Assembly (NCBI GenBank): GCA_964555255.1
Contig: CAZKRG010000003.1
Span: 1-47,420, forward strand
Direction of reading: 5' to 3'
From: an uncultured Candidatus Saccharibacteria bacterium
GTDB lineage: Bacteria > Patescibacteriota > Minisyncoccia > UBA6257 > 2-01-FULL-56-20
DNA: 47,420 bases
The position numbers and the translations under genes are program-made. A model generated the notes under the pieces. The model was not told the origin of the DNA, searched no databases, and saw nothing but the letters and a program-made list of their open reading frames with translations. This document shows, piece by piece, positions 1 through 8,786 of this stretch. Numbering within the stretch: the stretch's first letter is position 1; each line of letters opens with the position of its first letter.

Positions 1-1053
1 ACCGATGCCGTGCACTACGTTTCCCTCGAAGGTCGCCTGGCCATTCACGTCGAGTTTGTAGGACGGACTCGTCGTCCCTATGCCGACGTTGCCGCTGGTA
101 TCTATTGTCATCCGGTTTAGATCAGATGTTCTGAAGCGAAGCGGTTTATAACTACCTGTTACATTATAAGTTTGAGAAATCCATCCTTCAGACGCATTTG
201 ACTGAATTTTCAGAAAACTATCATCCGAAGTACTTGTTAAAGAATCGATGGCTCCAACAACTTGAAGTTTATCCGTGGGACTCGTCGTCCCGATGCCGAC
301 GTTGCCCGAAGAAGAAGCGACCAATATTGAAGAACCCACTTGGAGCAAGTTATCGGGAGAAGTATTGCCTATCCCCAAATTCCCCGAAATATACCCGTTC
401 CCATACACCGACAAGGGCTGCGGAATCGACACCTGCGTCGAGGTGTTCACGGCAAGATTCCCCGGGAACGCAAAGTTGCCGTTGCCCGTGAAACGGCCGA
501 ATACATCCGCAGAGACATTCCCTCCTATAAGCGAACCGGTGAAACTGCTCGCGGAAATGTTCCCGCCCGCGGAGATCGCGGATCCGCCGGCATAGCCGTT
601 CCCGACCGTGAGAAGCGAGTTCAATCCCTGGTTGTTATAACTCGAATATCCGATCGCCACGCGGCCGTCGTTCCGGACGGTAAAGATTGGATACGTGGCA
701 CCCGGGGCGAGCACCTTGATTGCGTAATTGTTGTACCCCGTCGACGACGCCGTCGAGGATGCGGAGATAAGAAGCACCGTGGAGTAGTCAATGGTCGAAG
801 TGCCCACGCTCAAGATATTGCTGCCGCCGGTGACGATCGCGCCATATCCCGTGCCCGGAGGATATGTGGGTCCGATAAAGGCGAGAGCCGGACGAGCGGC
901 GAGCAGCCCCCTGAAACTCCGCAACGGGAGAAACTGGCCGCTGGCGACCAGGATAGCAGTTACCAACAAAATCTTAAAAATCCTCCGCCGTGCGTCACCT
1001 CCTTCTAGAAATTTATACAAAAACCTAAACCCATACCATGCGCGGCTGGACAT
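1..1053 (-). CDS. Large secreted/surface protein with GNVGIGTTSP beta-repeats (3' end runs off the window)
   Basis: Manual minus-strand translation from ATG at 1053 is open to base 1: MSSRAWYGFRFLYKFLEGGDARRRIFKILLVTAILVASG...GNLGIGNTSPDNLLQV...SSSGNVGIGTTSPTDKLQV...TSGNVGIGTTSPSYKLDVNG. It has a hydrophobic N-terminal segment. It is absent from the ORF track because there is no stop in the window. Confidence 0.85.
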   Translation of the reverse strand, partial: MSSRAWYGFRFLYKFLEGGDARRRIFKILLVTAILVASGQFLPLRSFRGLLAARPALAFIGPTYPPGTGYGAIVTGGSNILSVGTSTIDYSTVLLISASSTASSTGYNNYAIKVLAPGATYPIFTVRNDGRVAIGYSSYNNQGLNSLLTVGNGYAGGSAISAGGNISASSFTGSLIGGNVSADVFGRFTGNGNFAFPGNLAVNTSTQVSIPQPLSVYGNGYISGNLGIGNTSPDNLLQVGSSILVASSSGNVGIGTTSPTDKLQVVGAIDSLTSTSDDSFLKIQSNASEGWISQTYNVTGSYKPLRFRTSDLNRMTIDTSGNVGIGTTSPSYKLDVNGQATFEGNVVHGIG

Positions 1054-1233
1054 TACTTCTGACGGGATAAATCGGTTCAATTGCACGTAAGTACATATTC
1101 GAATGGCTTTGCTACCCCAAAAAGCACACCCGAATAACAACGCAATATTCCATTCAATTATAGCAAGTGGCACCCTCTCTCACTGTGGACAACCTCCTCC
1201 ATAAGTTTCATTCTTTTGAAACTTCCCCTCCCC

Positions 1234-1269
1234 ACTTCTACCATTGTCCGATCGGATACTAGTAGAAGT
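1234..1269. repeat. Imperfect palindrome centred on TCCGATCGGA
   Basis: ACTTCTAC-CATTG-TCCGATCGGA-TACTA-GTAGAAGT; the same core and geometry recur at 39082-39121. Confidence 0.7.
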
Positions 1270-1407
1270 AATACAAAACATGCAATAAAAAAACGCAAAA
1301 TATAAAGACACATCAATCAAAATCAAGAACCCCGCGACAAGCCGCGAGGCATGCCGGAGATCAGTTACATTGGGCATTGGCGAATAATGCAGAAAAAGCA
1401 ATTTCTG

Positions 1408-1457
1408 CGTCTTGCGATGTCCCAAGATTCTCACGATGTTTTTGACATCGCAAGACG
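1408..1457. repeat. REP-like inverted repeat, CGTCTTGCGATGTC family, copy 1
   Basis: Perfect 14-bp arms CGTCTTGCGATGTC (1408-1421) and GACATCGCAAGACG (1444-1457) with a 22-nt spacer. Confidence 0.85.
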
Positions 1458-1527
1458 AGACATTAAACCGTCGCAGGGGGTTGTGCAATGTAGTCACCAT
1501 CCACTCTCGTCACCACTCTGCCTTGTA

Positions 1528-2103
1528 TTATTTCTTCTTCTCCGGCGCAGGCGCCTGCTGCGGGGGTTGCTGCTGTTGTTGTTGCTGCTGCATCTGTTGC
1601 TGAACCGCTTGCGGATTCGCGAGTGCAGTTGCGACCTGGCTGTCTGCCGCGACCGGCGCCCAGAAGAGAATCTGCTTCGAGTTCAAATAAATATCTCCCT
1701 GCGGCTTCCAGAAAGCATTCTTAAACGGCACAAGTCCCAACTGGGGCTGATTCTGCTGGTCAACGCTCCGCTGCAAGAGCCATGCATCGACAAGCTTCGG
1801 CGACGGAAACCAGTAAAGTTTGCCGAAATAGATATCGCCGCTTGCGAGATACACCGCGGTATAGGAAGATGCAGCTCCTTTGCCACCAGCTACCAGCAAT
1901 CCGACCCACACACCCACCACTACAAGCACCACTACAAGCAGCATCAGCAATACTTTAAAACGATTTGTCATACGAGGGTTATTGGCCACCACCACGACTT
2001 CCTCTTTTATAGAGAACTCCGGCGATGGCACGCGAGTATTCCGGAACGATTGTTCCGGTTCGACGTTTTGTCCGCCATCGGGCGGAGTAATTTTGCGAGC
2101 CAT
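1528..2103 (-). CDS. Membrane-anchored hypothetical protein with a C-terminal poly-Gln tail
   Basis: 191-aa ORF with one TM helix (LLMLLVVVLVVVGVWVGLLV), a globular part YTAVYLASGDIYFGKL...IYLNSKQILFW and a QQQMQQQQQQQQPPQQ tail. Alternative start at 1971. Confidence 0.75.
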   Translation of the reverse strand: MARKITPPDGGQNVEPEQSFRNTRVPSPEFSIKEEVVVVANNPRMTNRFKVLLMLLVVVLVVVGVWVGLLVAGGKGAASSYTAVYLASGDIYFGKLYWFPSPKLVDAWLLQRSVDQQNQPQLGLVPFKNAFWKPQGDIYLNSKQILFWAPVAADSQVATALANPQAVQQQMQQQQQQQQPPQQAPAPEKKK

Positions 2104-2154
2104 TGTGAAATGCAGAAAATAAAAATAGAGAAAATAGTAGATATAACAGGTTTT

Positions 2155-2203
2155 CGTCTTGCGATGTCCTAAAATTCAGTAATATTGGGGACATCGCAAG
2201 ACG
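2155..2203. repeat. REP-like inverted repeat, CGTCTTGCGATGTC family, copy 2
   Basis: The same 14-bp arms (2155-2168 and 2190-2203) with a 21-nt spacer, flanked by inverted GAAAATA/TATTTTC 7-mer tracts. Confidence 0.85.
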
Positions 2204-2252
2204 GAGCCCGGATGATTCTATTTTTCTATTTTCTACTTTCTATTTTCTTGAA

Positions 2253-2804
2253 TTAATTCTTAGGAGCTACGACGAGGCGCCCCTGGGGACCCTTCGCAGG
2301 ACCACCGCATGAACTACAGTAGAAAAGGAAATTGCCTGCCGCGGTTGCGCTGAATTCCTGCACTTTTGTCTGCCCTTTGGGAAGCGCAAGCCGTAATCCG
2401 AAATCCGTTTGCGCGAAATCATACGCGCCATCCACCGCGGTGAGATTCAAACGCACCGTATCTCCTTGATTCACAATCACGGTATCCGGCACAAATTTCC
2501 CGCCCGCGATCTGAACGTCAAAACTGCGGAACATCGACCCCCCTCCTGCGCTCGCAGGCACGGTAGTATTGGGTATCGCCACGTTCGAAGGCACATCGGT
2601 AGCATTTACTCCCGGTACTGCAATATCCGCGGGCGGCACCTCTCGCGTTGCAGAACCACCCGACAAAGCAGCGGTTCCCGCTACCGCCTGCGCACCTTTC
2701 CCTGCGGGCGAAGAAACGCGCTTCACATACACTCCCAGACCCACAAGCACGGCGACCACCACCGCGACAAGCGCCACAATTTGCACTGACCTTGAGAACT
2801 TCAT
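2253..2804 (-). CDS. Cupredoxin-domain membrane-anchored protein
   Basis: N-terminal TM helix; FVPDTVIVNQGDTVRLNLT...AGNFLFYCSSCGG...GRLVV matches the cupredoxin strand pattern. Confidence 0.75.
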   Translation of the reverse strand: MKFSRSVQIVALVAVVVAVLVGLGVYVKRVSSPAGKGAQAVAGTAALSGGSATREVPPADIAVPGVNATDVPSNVAIPNTTVPASAGGGSMFRSFDVQIAGGKFVPDTVIVNQGDTVRLNLTAVDGAYDFAQTDFGLRLALPKGQTKVQEFSATAAGNFLFYCSSCGGPAKGPQGRLVVAPKN

Positions 2805-2938
2805 ACTCCATCCATTCTAAAAATTGTACGGCGCGGGGGCAAGGGAGATTATCCACAGCATACCGCAGGACGACGATGACGGCGACCATAACGATAACGC
2901 CAGTGTCATCGTTATGGTCATTGTACTATAATGAGTGC

Positions 2939-3751
2939 ATGCGCTCCCGATCGGGATTCACCATCTTCGAACTCGTCATTTTCGCGGCGATTCTCACCCT
3001 CATTGTGGTTGGATTTCTCACAATTCTCGTCTCAGTGACACGCGTCAACATACGCCAAAGCGCGTCCGCCGAAGTGAATGAGCAAAGCCAGTATGTGCTC
3101 CAGACAATCCAATATTACGTGGAACAATCGAGCGTGATCGATATGGCAGCAAACAGCACGACGAGCACTTTAAAACTCCGGATGGCAGCAACTTCGTCCG
3201 ACCCCACCTACATTTACCCTTCATCCACCGTCCTCTATCTCAAAGAAACCGACAGCGGCACCCCCGTCCCTTTGACCTCCAGCAAAGTGAACATCTCGAG
3301 CATTACTTTCACAAAACGGGAACATCCTCGTGCGGCGGACTCGGTGAGCATCTCATTTACCATTACCTACAATACCCAAACACTCCAGGATCAATTTACA
3401 GAAACACTCGCCACCGCGGTCGCGCGGGTAAACGCGGCCACGTTCGACTCAAACCTTATTCCCTCCTCCACGGCAACGTACGATGTAGGAGTTACCTCCC
3501 AAATTTGGCGGTCTATAAACAACATCATCTATTTCAGCGGATCGAATGTGGGGATCGGAGTAATTAATCCTGGACAAGCACTCGAGGTAAATGGCGGCCT
3601 GCGTCTCAACACCACCACAAGCAGGCCCGCCTGCGATGCCACCCAACGAGGCACATTCTGGGTGACCCAATCAGGAGCAAGCGTAAAAGATGCCGTTACC
3701 GTGTGCGCCAAAGACGCTACCGATGCATACTCGTGGAGAACCATCTACTAG
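2939..3751 (+). CDS. Type IV pilin-like (prepilin N-methylation) protein with a C-terminal GNVGIG-type domain
   Basis: MRSRSG|FTIFELVIFAAILTLIVVGFLTIL fits a class III signal peptide with Glu at +5; C-terminal GSNVGIGVINP...LEVNG. TATAAT at 2927-2932 supports ATG 2939 over the track's 2648. Confidence 0.85.
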   Translation: MRSRSGFTIFELVIFAAILTLIVVGFLTILVSVTRVNIRQSASAEVNEQSQYVLQTIQYYVEQSSVIDMAANSTTSTLKLRMAATSSDPTYIYPSSTVLYLKETDSGTPVPLTSSKVNISSITFTKREHPRAADSVSISFTITYNTQTLQDQFTETLATAVARVNAATFDSNLIPSSTATYDVGVTSQIWRSINNIIYFSGSNVGIGVINPGQALEVNGGLRLNTTTSRPACDATQRGTFWVTQSGASVKDAVTVCAKDATDAYSWRTIY

Positions 3752-3754
3752 CCA

Positions 3755-5257
3755 TCAACGACTCGTGGCCCGGGTTTTTGGCGTTACCCAAAAACCAAGC
3801 CTCCACCGATTCCCGAGCATCAATCGCGTTTGCGCCTCGAGTCCCGGTAACGTTCCGAATGCAAAGAGGGTAAGCGGCAAGAGAAGCCATTCGAGAACAT
3901 AGACCACGAAGTGGCGATGCCCGAACCATGCAGGACGGGGGGGAAGGAGTGCGAATGCCACTTCCACAGAAGTAAGCACCCCGAACATCGCGGCAAGCAT
4001 AAGTCCTCGCGTCACTCCGGGAATACTGTAAGAAAAAAGCGTAGCGCGAAACGCGGATCCGCCGAGGAATGCAGGGAGCCACCCCAAAAAGAAAAGAATG
4101 AGGATATTCGTTGCCCACGAGTGAAACCCTTCGAGAAGGTGCGTTACCCAATACCGTTTTTTTGCTCGAGGGATCAACGAGTCACGGCGGAATCCCTCAA
4201 ACACATAGGGCACGTTCTCGACTCCCCACCCCCACCGCCGCTGTTGAAGATACACATTGCGCATAGTTCCCCAAAACGTAGGGGCTACATTCGCGTCCAT
4301 GGTCACGGGATAGAGGAGCGGCTCCACGCGAAAATTCCCTTGATAATGAAGATACGCCTGCCAAAAAATGCGGGAATCTTCAGACACCACATCGCGCTGC
4401 CAGAACCCCACATCAAGGAGCACGGGAAGCGGAATGGATTGAGAAGAAAACGTCGTGAGCCGCTCGGGGCGGGCTTGCTGCATCATCTGCCAAAAAGTTG
4501 CCGAAAACGCCACGATGCGCGCGAGAAGCGGGGTTTCGTAGATATTATTGGTAAAAAGCGGCACGGGCTGATAAATCGCGCGAATCGGATCAGGGGAAGT
4601 GAGGAACATATATGTAAGCCGCGCAAAATAGTGCGGAGGCGTATGGGTGTCGATATCGAAGGCAGAAACCAACACTCGGGAGCCGATAGATGATAACTGA
4701 AAACGCGAAACCGCTTCACAGGCAGCCCAAGCGATATTGGAACCCTTCCCCGAAATTTCTCCAGGGAGATTTGCAGGATGCACGGTACATAAAAACTTCC
4801 CAAAACGTGACCCAAATTCCTCCTCAATCCGCCGCGCGGTGCGTACCGCCTCCGGTCCTGCACCAGCTTCCGTTGCAAGCACTACGTATAAGCAGTCTTT
4901 GGGATATTCGGTGCAAGAAAGACTCGCGAAACTTTCCCTCACCACCTCGTACGGCTCCCGGCACATGGGGAAAATAATCAAATGATGGACGTCGGACCAG
5001 CGAGTAAGCGATGAGTGAAAAGCGGGAAGGGGCAACGAATCGAGTTTTTCTATCCAATTCATCCTAAGGTTAGCCTGCATCGTCTTGAATGTCACCCGCA
5101 TGTGGATGGAAAGATATACCGATTTCAAGAGCCAATACACATCAAAAAGGACGACGAACACCCCCACGGTCTGGGGTACAAAACGCGCGCCCCCTACAAG
5201 AAGAATAATCGTACCCCACGCAAGAGCTCCGGGAAGAACTTCAAAAAACCGCACCAT
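3755..5257 (-). CDS. Family 2 glycosyltransferase, processive membrane type
   Basis: Motifs KGSN, FDID, SED and QQRRW (D,D,D,QxxRW), with N- and C-terminal TM helices. Confidence 0.85.
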   Translation of the reverse strand: MVRFFEVLPGALAWGTIILLVGGARFVPQTVGVFVVLFDVYWLLKSVYLSIHMRVTFKTMQANLRMNWIEKLDSLPLPAFHSSLTRWSDVHHLIIFPMCREPYEVVRESFASLSCTEYPKDCLYVVLATEAGAGPEAVRTARRIEEEFGSRFGKFLCTVHPANLPGEISGKGSNIAWAACEAVSRFQLSSIGSRVLVSAFDIDTHTPPHYFARLTYMFLTSPDPIRAIYQPVPLFTNNIYETPLLARIVAFSATFWQMMQQARPERLTTFSSQSIPLPVLLDVGFWQRDVVSEDSRIFWQAYLHYQGNFRVEPLLYPVTMDANVAPTFWGTMRNVYLQQRRWGWGVENVPYVFEGFRRDSLIPRAKKRYWVTHLLEGFHSWATNILILFFLGWLPAFLGGSAFRATLFSYSIPGVTRGLMLAAMFGVLTSVEVAFALLPPRPAWFGHRHFVVYVLEWLLLPLTLFAFGTLPGLEAQTRLMLGNRWRLGFWVTPKTRATSR

Positions 5258-5261
5258 CTAC

Positions 5262-5669
5262 TTACCAACTGCCTATAAATAAGAGCTGATCAAGCGAAAA
5301 GGCGCCTCCTCCAAGCACCACGAGAAGCGCGGCGGCCCCTACAAGGAGAAGATCAAATTCCCATCCTCCGACAAATTTCTGTTGATTGCGCATTTTCCAG
5401 ATCGTGGCAACGATAAACTCCACAAATAAGAGAAGCGTCACGAACTGAGTGAGAACCCCCAAGATAAGCGCACTTCCGCCGAAAAACTCCACCACCGCAA
5501 CCACCGGTCCCCACACTTTTCCCGGACGGAATCCCATCCCTTCGAAGTTTCGCCCCGTCTCTTCCCAATTCCGTATCTTCGGCCATCCATGGACGATAAG
5601 AATGAGCGCAAAGATTATCCGGAGAAGGAGAATGCCCCAATCACTCCAAATATAGAGAAGTGGAAACAT
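5262..5669 (-). CDS. DoxX family membrane protein
   Basis: LLLRIIFALILIVHGWPKI...VEFFGGSALILG...GWEFDL...GGGAFSLD. Confidence 0.9.
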   Translation of the reverse strand: MFPLLYIWSDWGILLLRIIFALILIVHGWPKIRNWEETGRNFEGMGFRPGKVWGPVVAVVEFFGGSALILGVLTQFVTLLLFVEFIVATIWKMRNQQKFVGGWEFDLLLVGAAALLVVLGGGAFSLDQLLFIGSW

Positions 5670-5838
5670 AATAAATCACTATAACAATAACGTGACCTTT
5701 GAAAAAATCATATCATATCACACTACGACTCCCGTGATGATTCTATGATTAGAAATGAAAGAAGGGAAGCCCCGCGGACAACGCACTTTTTTGCCGTGGA
5801 TTTTTCTAGTTTGCTCTTCATGGGCTTTTGTCTGATTG

Positions 5839-5913
5839 TACCGCCAACGAGATTCGAACTCGTGTTTCCGCCGTGAAAGGGCGGCGTCCTGGACCGGGCT
5901 AGACGATGGCGGC
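5839..5913 (-). tRNA. tRNA-Glu (TTC)
   Basis: GCCGCCATCGTCTAGCCCGGTCCAGGACGCCGCCCTTTCACGGCGGAAACACGAGTTCGAATCTCGTTGGCGGTA folds into a cloverleaf; CCA is not encoded. Confidence 0.95.
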
Positions 5914-5942
5914 ATTTGACTTGCAAAATGAAGGATATTCCA

Positions 5943-5971
5943 GTTATACCGTTTTGAAACCTTGCCTGCAA
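5943..5971 (-). promoter_or_regulatory. Sigma70-type promoter for tRNA-Glu
   Basis: Minus strand TTGCAG-17 nt-TATAAC about 30 nt upstream of the tRNA. Confidence 0.5.
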
Positions 5972-5984
5972 GAGTATTCCCAAA

Positions 5985-6173
5985 ATAAAGAAGACCCCGA
6001 GAGCAGACGATCCCTCGGGGAGAATACTTTGTATGTATGGCGACCACTCGAGCACGACACGGGAAGTAAGGAAGGAGGGCCCCTCATAATTTACAACAAT
6101 TAAGTCGGACTCTTACTCCAAGAATCACCATTCCTCCTTGTACTAGGTACTAGACAAAGTTCTCCTCGGAGAG
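5985..6173 (-). ncRNA. Candidate rod-shaped small RNA (6S-like?) with terminator
   Basis: Upstream TGGTATACT -10 element; nested complementary segments; ends in a CCCCGAGGG/CTCTCGGGG hairpin followed by a T-rich tract. Confidence 0.4.
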
Positions 6174-6311
6174 TATACCAAAATCTTTCTTGTGACAAGG
6201 AACCAGAAGGATGCACATCCTCCGGGAGAAACTTTACCCTCAAAAGATCATTCATTCCCTTCGAAGAAAAGGAAACAAAATTCCATTTCCAGCGGTAGCA
6301 AAGAAAAAACC

Positions 6312-6340
6312 TTGAATAAAGCTCCCCTACCCCGTATAAT
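6312..6340 (+). promoter_or_regulatory. Sigma70 promoter of the atp operon
   Basis: TTGAAT (6312-6317)-17 nt-TATAAT (6335-6340). Confidence 0.65.
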
Positions 6341-6356
6341 GAGGGCGCTTCGGAAA

Positions 6357-6617
6357 ATGAAGGAAAAAAGAGAGAAAGGACAACTATGGAAACAAGCGGT
6401 GGAAATTTTCAGCCGCATGTCTCTATGGATAGTATCACCAATCATTCTTGCGCTTATTGCAGGTACGTGGCTGGACGAACGATATGGAACAGCACCGTGG
6501 ATTTTTCTTGGAGCTATCGGCATCGGCTTTTTAATCTCCTGCCTTGGCATTGCGTTCACCGCCAGAACATATGTGAAGAAAATTGAGGAAGAACATGAAT
6601 CAAATTCTCATAAGTGA
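6357..6617 (+). CDS. AtpZ/AtpI family ATP synthase accessory protein
   Basis: PIILALIAGTWLDERYGTAPWIFL motif; first gene of the atp operon; start placed downstream of the promoter. Confidence 0.85.
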   Translation: MKEKREKGQLWKQAVEIFSRMSLWIVSPIILALIAGTWLDERYGTAPWIFLGAIGIGFLISCLGIAFTARTYVKKIEEEHESNSHK

Positions 6618-7470
6618 CGCAGGAATATCTTCAACGGGAGTTCCCGCGGCGGAAATCAAACACGAGACTACACTCTATGCGGAACCGATAGCGCATGTGG
6701 GAAATGTCACCATCACCAACGCTCTCTTGACCGCGTGGATCGCAGGAGCATTTATTATAATTTTTGCCCTCATTTTCCGCGCGCGACTTCGCGAAGTACC
6801 AAAGGGAATCCAAAATTTTTTTGAATCAATGCTTGAGGCAGCGCTGTCACTTTGCGACCAGGTTACCGGGAACCGCCGCATTTCTGAAAAAGTTTTCCCA
6901 TTGGCATTCTCTGTTTTTCTTTTTATTCTCGTGAATAACTGGATAGGATTGTTGCCCCTTGGCGGATTCGGGCTCATCGAAGAAAGCGGGGGGCGGCGTA
7001 TCTTTATCCCGTTTCTCCGAAGCAGCACTGCCGATATAAACACCACACTTGCACTTGCGGTGACTGCAGTGGTAGGTTCAAATCTCTTTGGAATATTCTC
7101 GATCGGCCTCTGGAAAACCTTCAATAAGTATGTTAACCTCAAAGCACTCGTGAGCATGTTCACGAGTGCCCGACGGAATCCATCCGTGCTCGTAATCGCT
7201 CCGGTTACTTTTTTTGTTGGACTTCTCGAGCTCATCGGCGAGTTTGCGAAAGTTGCCTCTCTTTCATTCCGACTATTCGGCAATGTATTCGCGGGGGAAG
7301 TGCTCCTCGCGGCAATGGCGACGCTTTTCGCGTATATCTTGCCAATCCCCTTTATATTTTTGGAAATTTTCGTGGGGTTAATTCAAGCACTTATTTTCTC
7401 TGTGCTTCTCCTTGTTTATTTCACCATTGCAGCGCAAGACCATGAGGAGCACGAAACGAATCACTCATAA
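6595..7470 (+). CDS. atpB: F0 ATP synthase subunit a
   Basis: QNFFE, NNWIGLLP, TADINTT, SLSFRLFGNVFAGE, IQALIFSVL. Confidence 0.96.
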   Translation: MNQILISDAGISSTGVPAAEIKHETTLYAEPIAHVGNVTITNALLTAWIAGAFIIIFALIFRARLREVPKGIQNFFESMLEAALSLCDQVTGNRRISEKVFPLAFSVFLFILVNNWIGLLPLGGFGLIEESGGRRIFIPFLRSSTADINTTLALAVTAVVGSNLFGIFSIGLWKTFNKYVNLKALVSMFTSARRNPSVLVIAPVTFFVGLLELIGEFAKVASLSFRLFGNVFAGEVLLAAMATLFAYILPIPFIFLEIFVGLIQALIFSVLLLVYFTIAAQDHEEHETNHS

Positions 7471-7483
7471 CTTTCAGAAATAA

Positions 7484-7738
<255 letters not shown>

Positions 7739-7789
7739 AACGTATTCGCTTCCGCTGCATTATTTGCAGTTCGCCGTGTATTTCCGTCC

Positions 7790-8293
7790 ATGGAATCAAT
7801 CATCACTACCTTCCAAATAGAATGGGGAACCATTATCGCCCAGACGGTAAATTTTGGCGTGGTACTTGTAATTATCACTTTCTTTTCCTACAAACCCCTG
7901 CTTCGACTTATGAAAGAACGGGAAAAAAAAATAAAGGAAGGCCTCGCGAAAGCGGAGGAAGCCAAAATACACCTTAAAGAAGCTGAGGAAATAAAACTTA
8001 AAAAACTCAAAGAAGCCGAGAAAGAAGCGCTCACCCTCCTCCATCACGCCGAGGAACGTGCGAAATCCCATGAAAAAAAACTTCTTGAAATTGCAAAACA
8101 ACGAGAAATCGAACTCCTCGCCAATGCCGAACGGCGCGCACGCGCAGAAACTGAAGCAATCAGCGAAGAATCCCGCCGCAATGCCGTGGCATTTGTAAAA
8201 CAAACGCTCATCAAAACGGTCGAGCTTAAACCCCACGCCATCGACGACGCGCTTATCGCGAAGGCGGCAAAAGAAAGTGCTTATAACAAATAA
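7790..8293 (+). CDS. atpF: F0 ATP synthase subunit b
   Basis: IIAQTVNF TM segment, YKPL...ER..KI.EGL and a long coiled coil; operon position. Confidence 0.92.
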   Translation: MESIITTFQIEWGTIIAQTVNFGVVLVIITFFSYKPLLRLMKEREKKIKEGLAKAEEAKIHLKEAEEIKLKKLKEAEKEALTLLHHAEERAKSHEKKLLEIAKQREIELLANAERRARAETEAISEESRRNAVAFVKQTLIKTVELKPHAIDDALIAKAAKESAYNK

Positions 8294-8326
8294 CTCATAA
8301 CGCATAATAATACGTTATCAGCATCC

Positions 8327-8713
8327 ATGAAGTACCACCCCATTGAGTATGCCAAAGCGTTCGCACAAGCATTATCGGAAAAGAAAAAAACTGCGGATGC
8401 ACTGGTGAAAAACTTTTCCCGTCTTATTGCAAAAAATGGAGATATCCACGGGAAGGAGAAGATACTCGCGGCAACCGAACGCTTCCTTCGCCCTGTGACT
8501 GACACAAAAAGCGTCACCATCACCACCGCACGGGAAATTCCAGGCATCCGTTTCCACTTCCAGCATCTCATACGCGCACACGACATCGTGCGAGAAACAG
8601 TGGATCCCTCTCTTATCGGCGGGGTAAAAGTTATAATAAACGACGCACAACAATTTGACGGCTCGCTCAAATGGAAAATAGACAAGCTGTTTTCAGATAC
8701 TCATAACTCATAA
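8327..8713 (+). CDS. atpH: F1 ATP synthase subunit delta (short)
   Basis: YAKAF at the N-terminus; VDPSLIGGVKV...DGSLK; operon position. Confidence 0.88.
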   Translation: MKYHPIEYAKAFAQALSEKKKTADALVKNFSRLIAKNGDIHGKEKILAATERFLRPVTDTKSVTITTAREIPGIRFHFQHLIRAHDIVRETVDPSLIGGVKVIINDAQQFDGSLKWKIDKLFSDTHNS

Positions 8714-8786
8714 CCTATAACGCATAACCGGAAACCAACTATTCGCATTATCAGTTATATGTTATTAGTTATACGTATTTATTACC

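Noticed and set aside
198-1090. Plus-strand ORFs 198-491, 275-595, 340-1008 and 791-1090
   Set aside because: They are antisense shadows of the minus-strand repeat protein at 1-1053.
1412-1603. Cys-rich small ORF (metallothionein-like)
   Set aside because: The poly-Cys is the antisense reading of the poly-Gln CAG/CAA tract of the 1528-2103 gene.
2849-2857. DnaA boxes (TTATCCACA here, TGTGGATAA at 42421-42429) as oriC
   Set aside because: They are isolated single boxes with no cluster and no dnaA or dnaN nearby.
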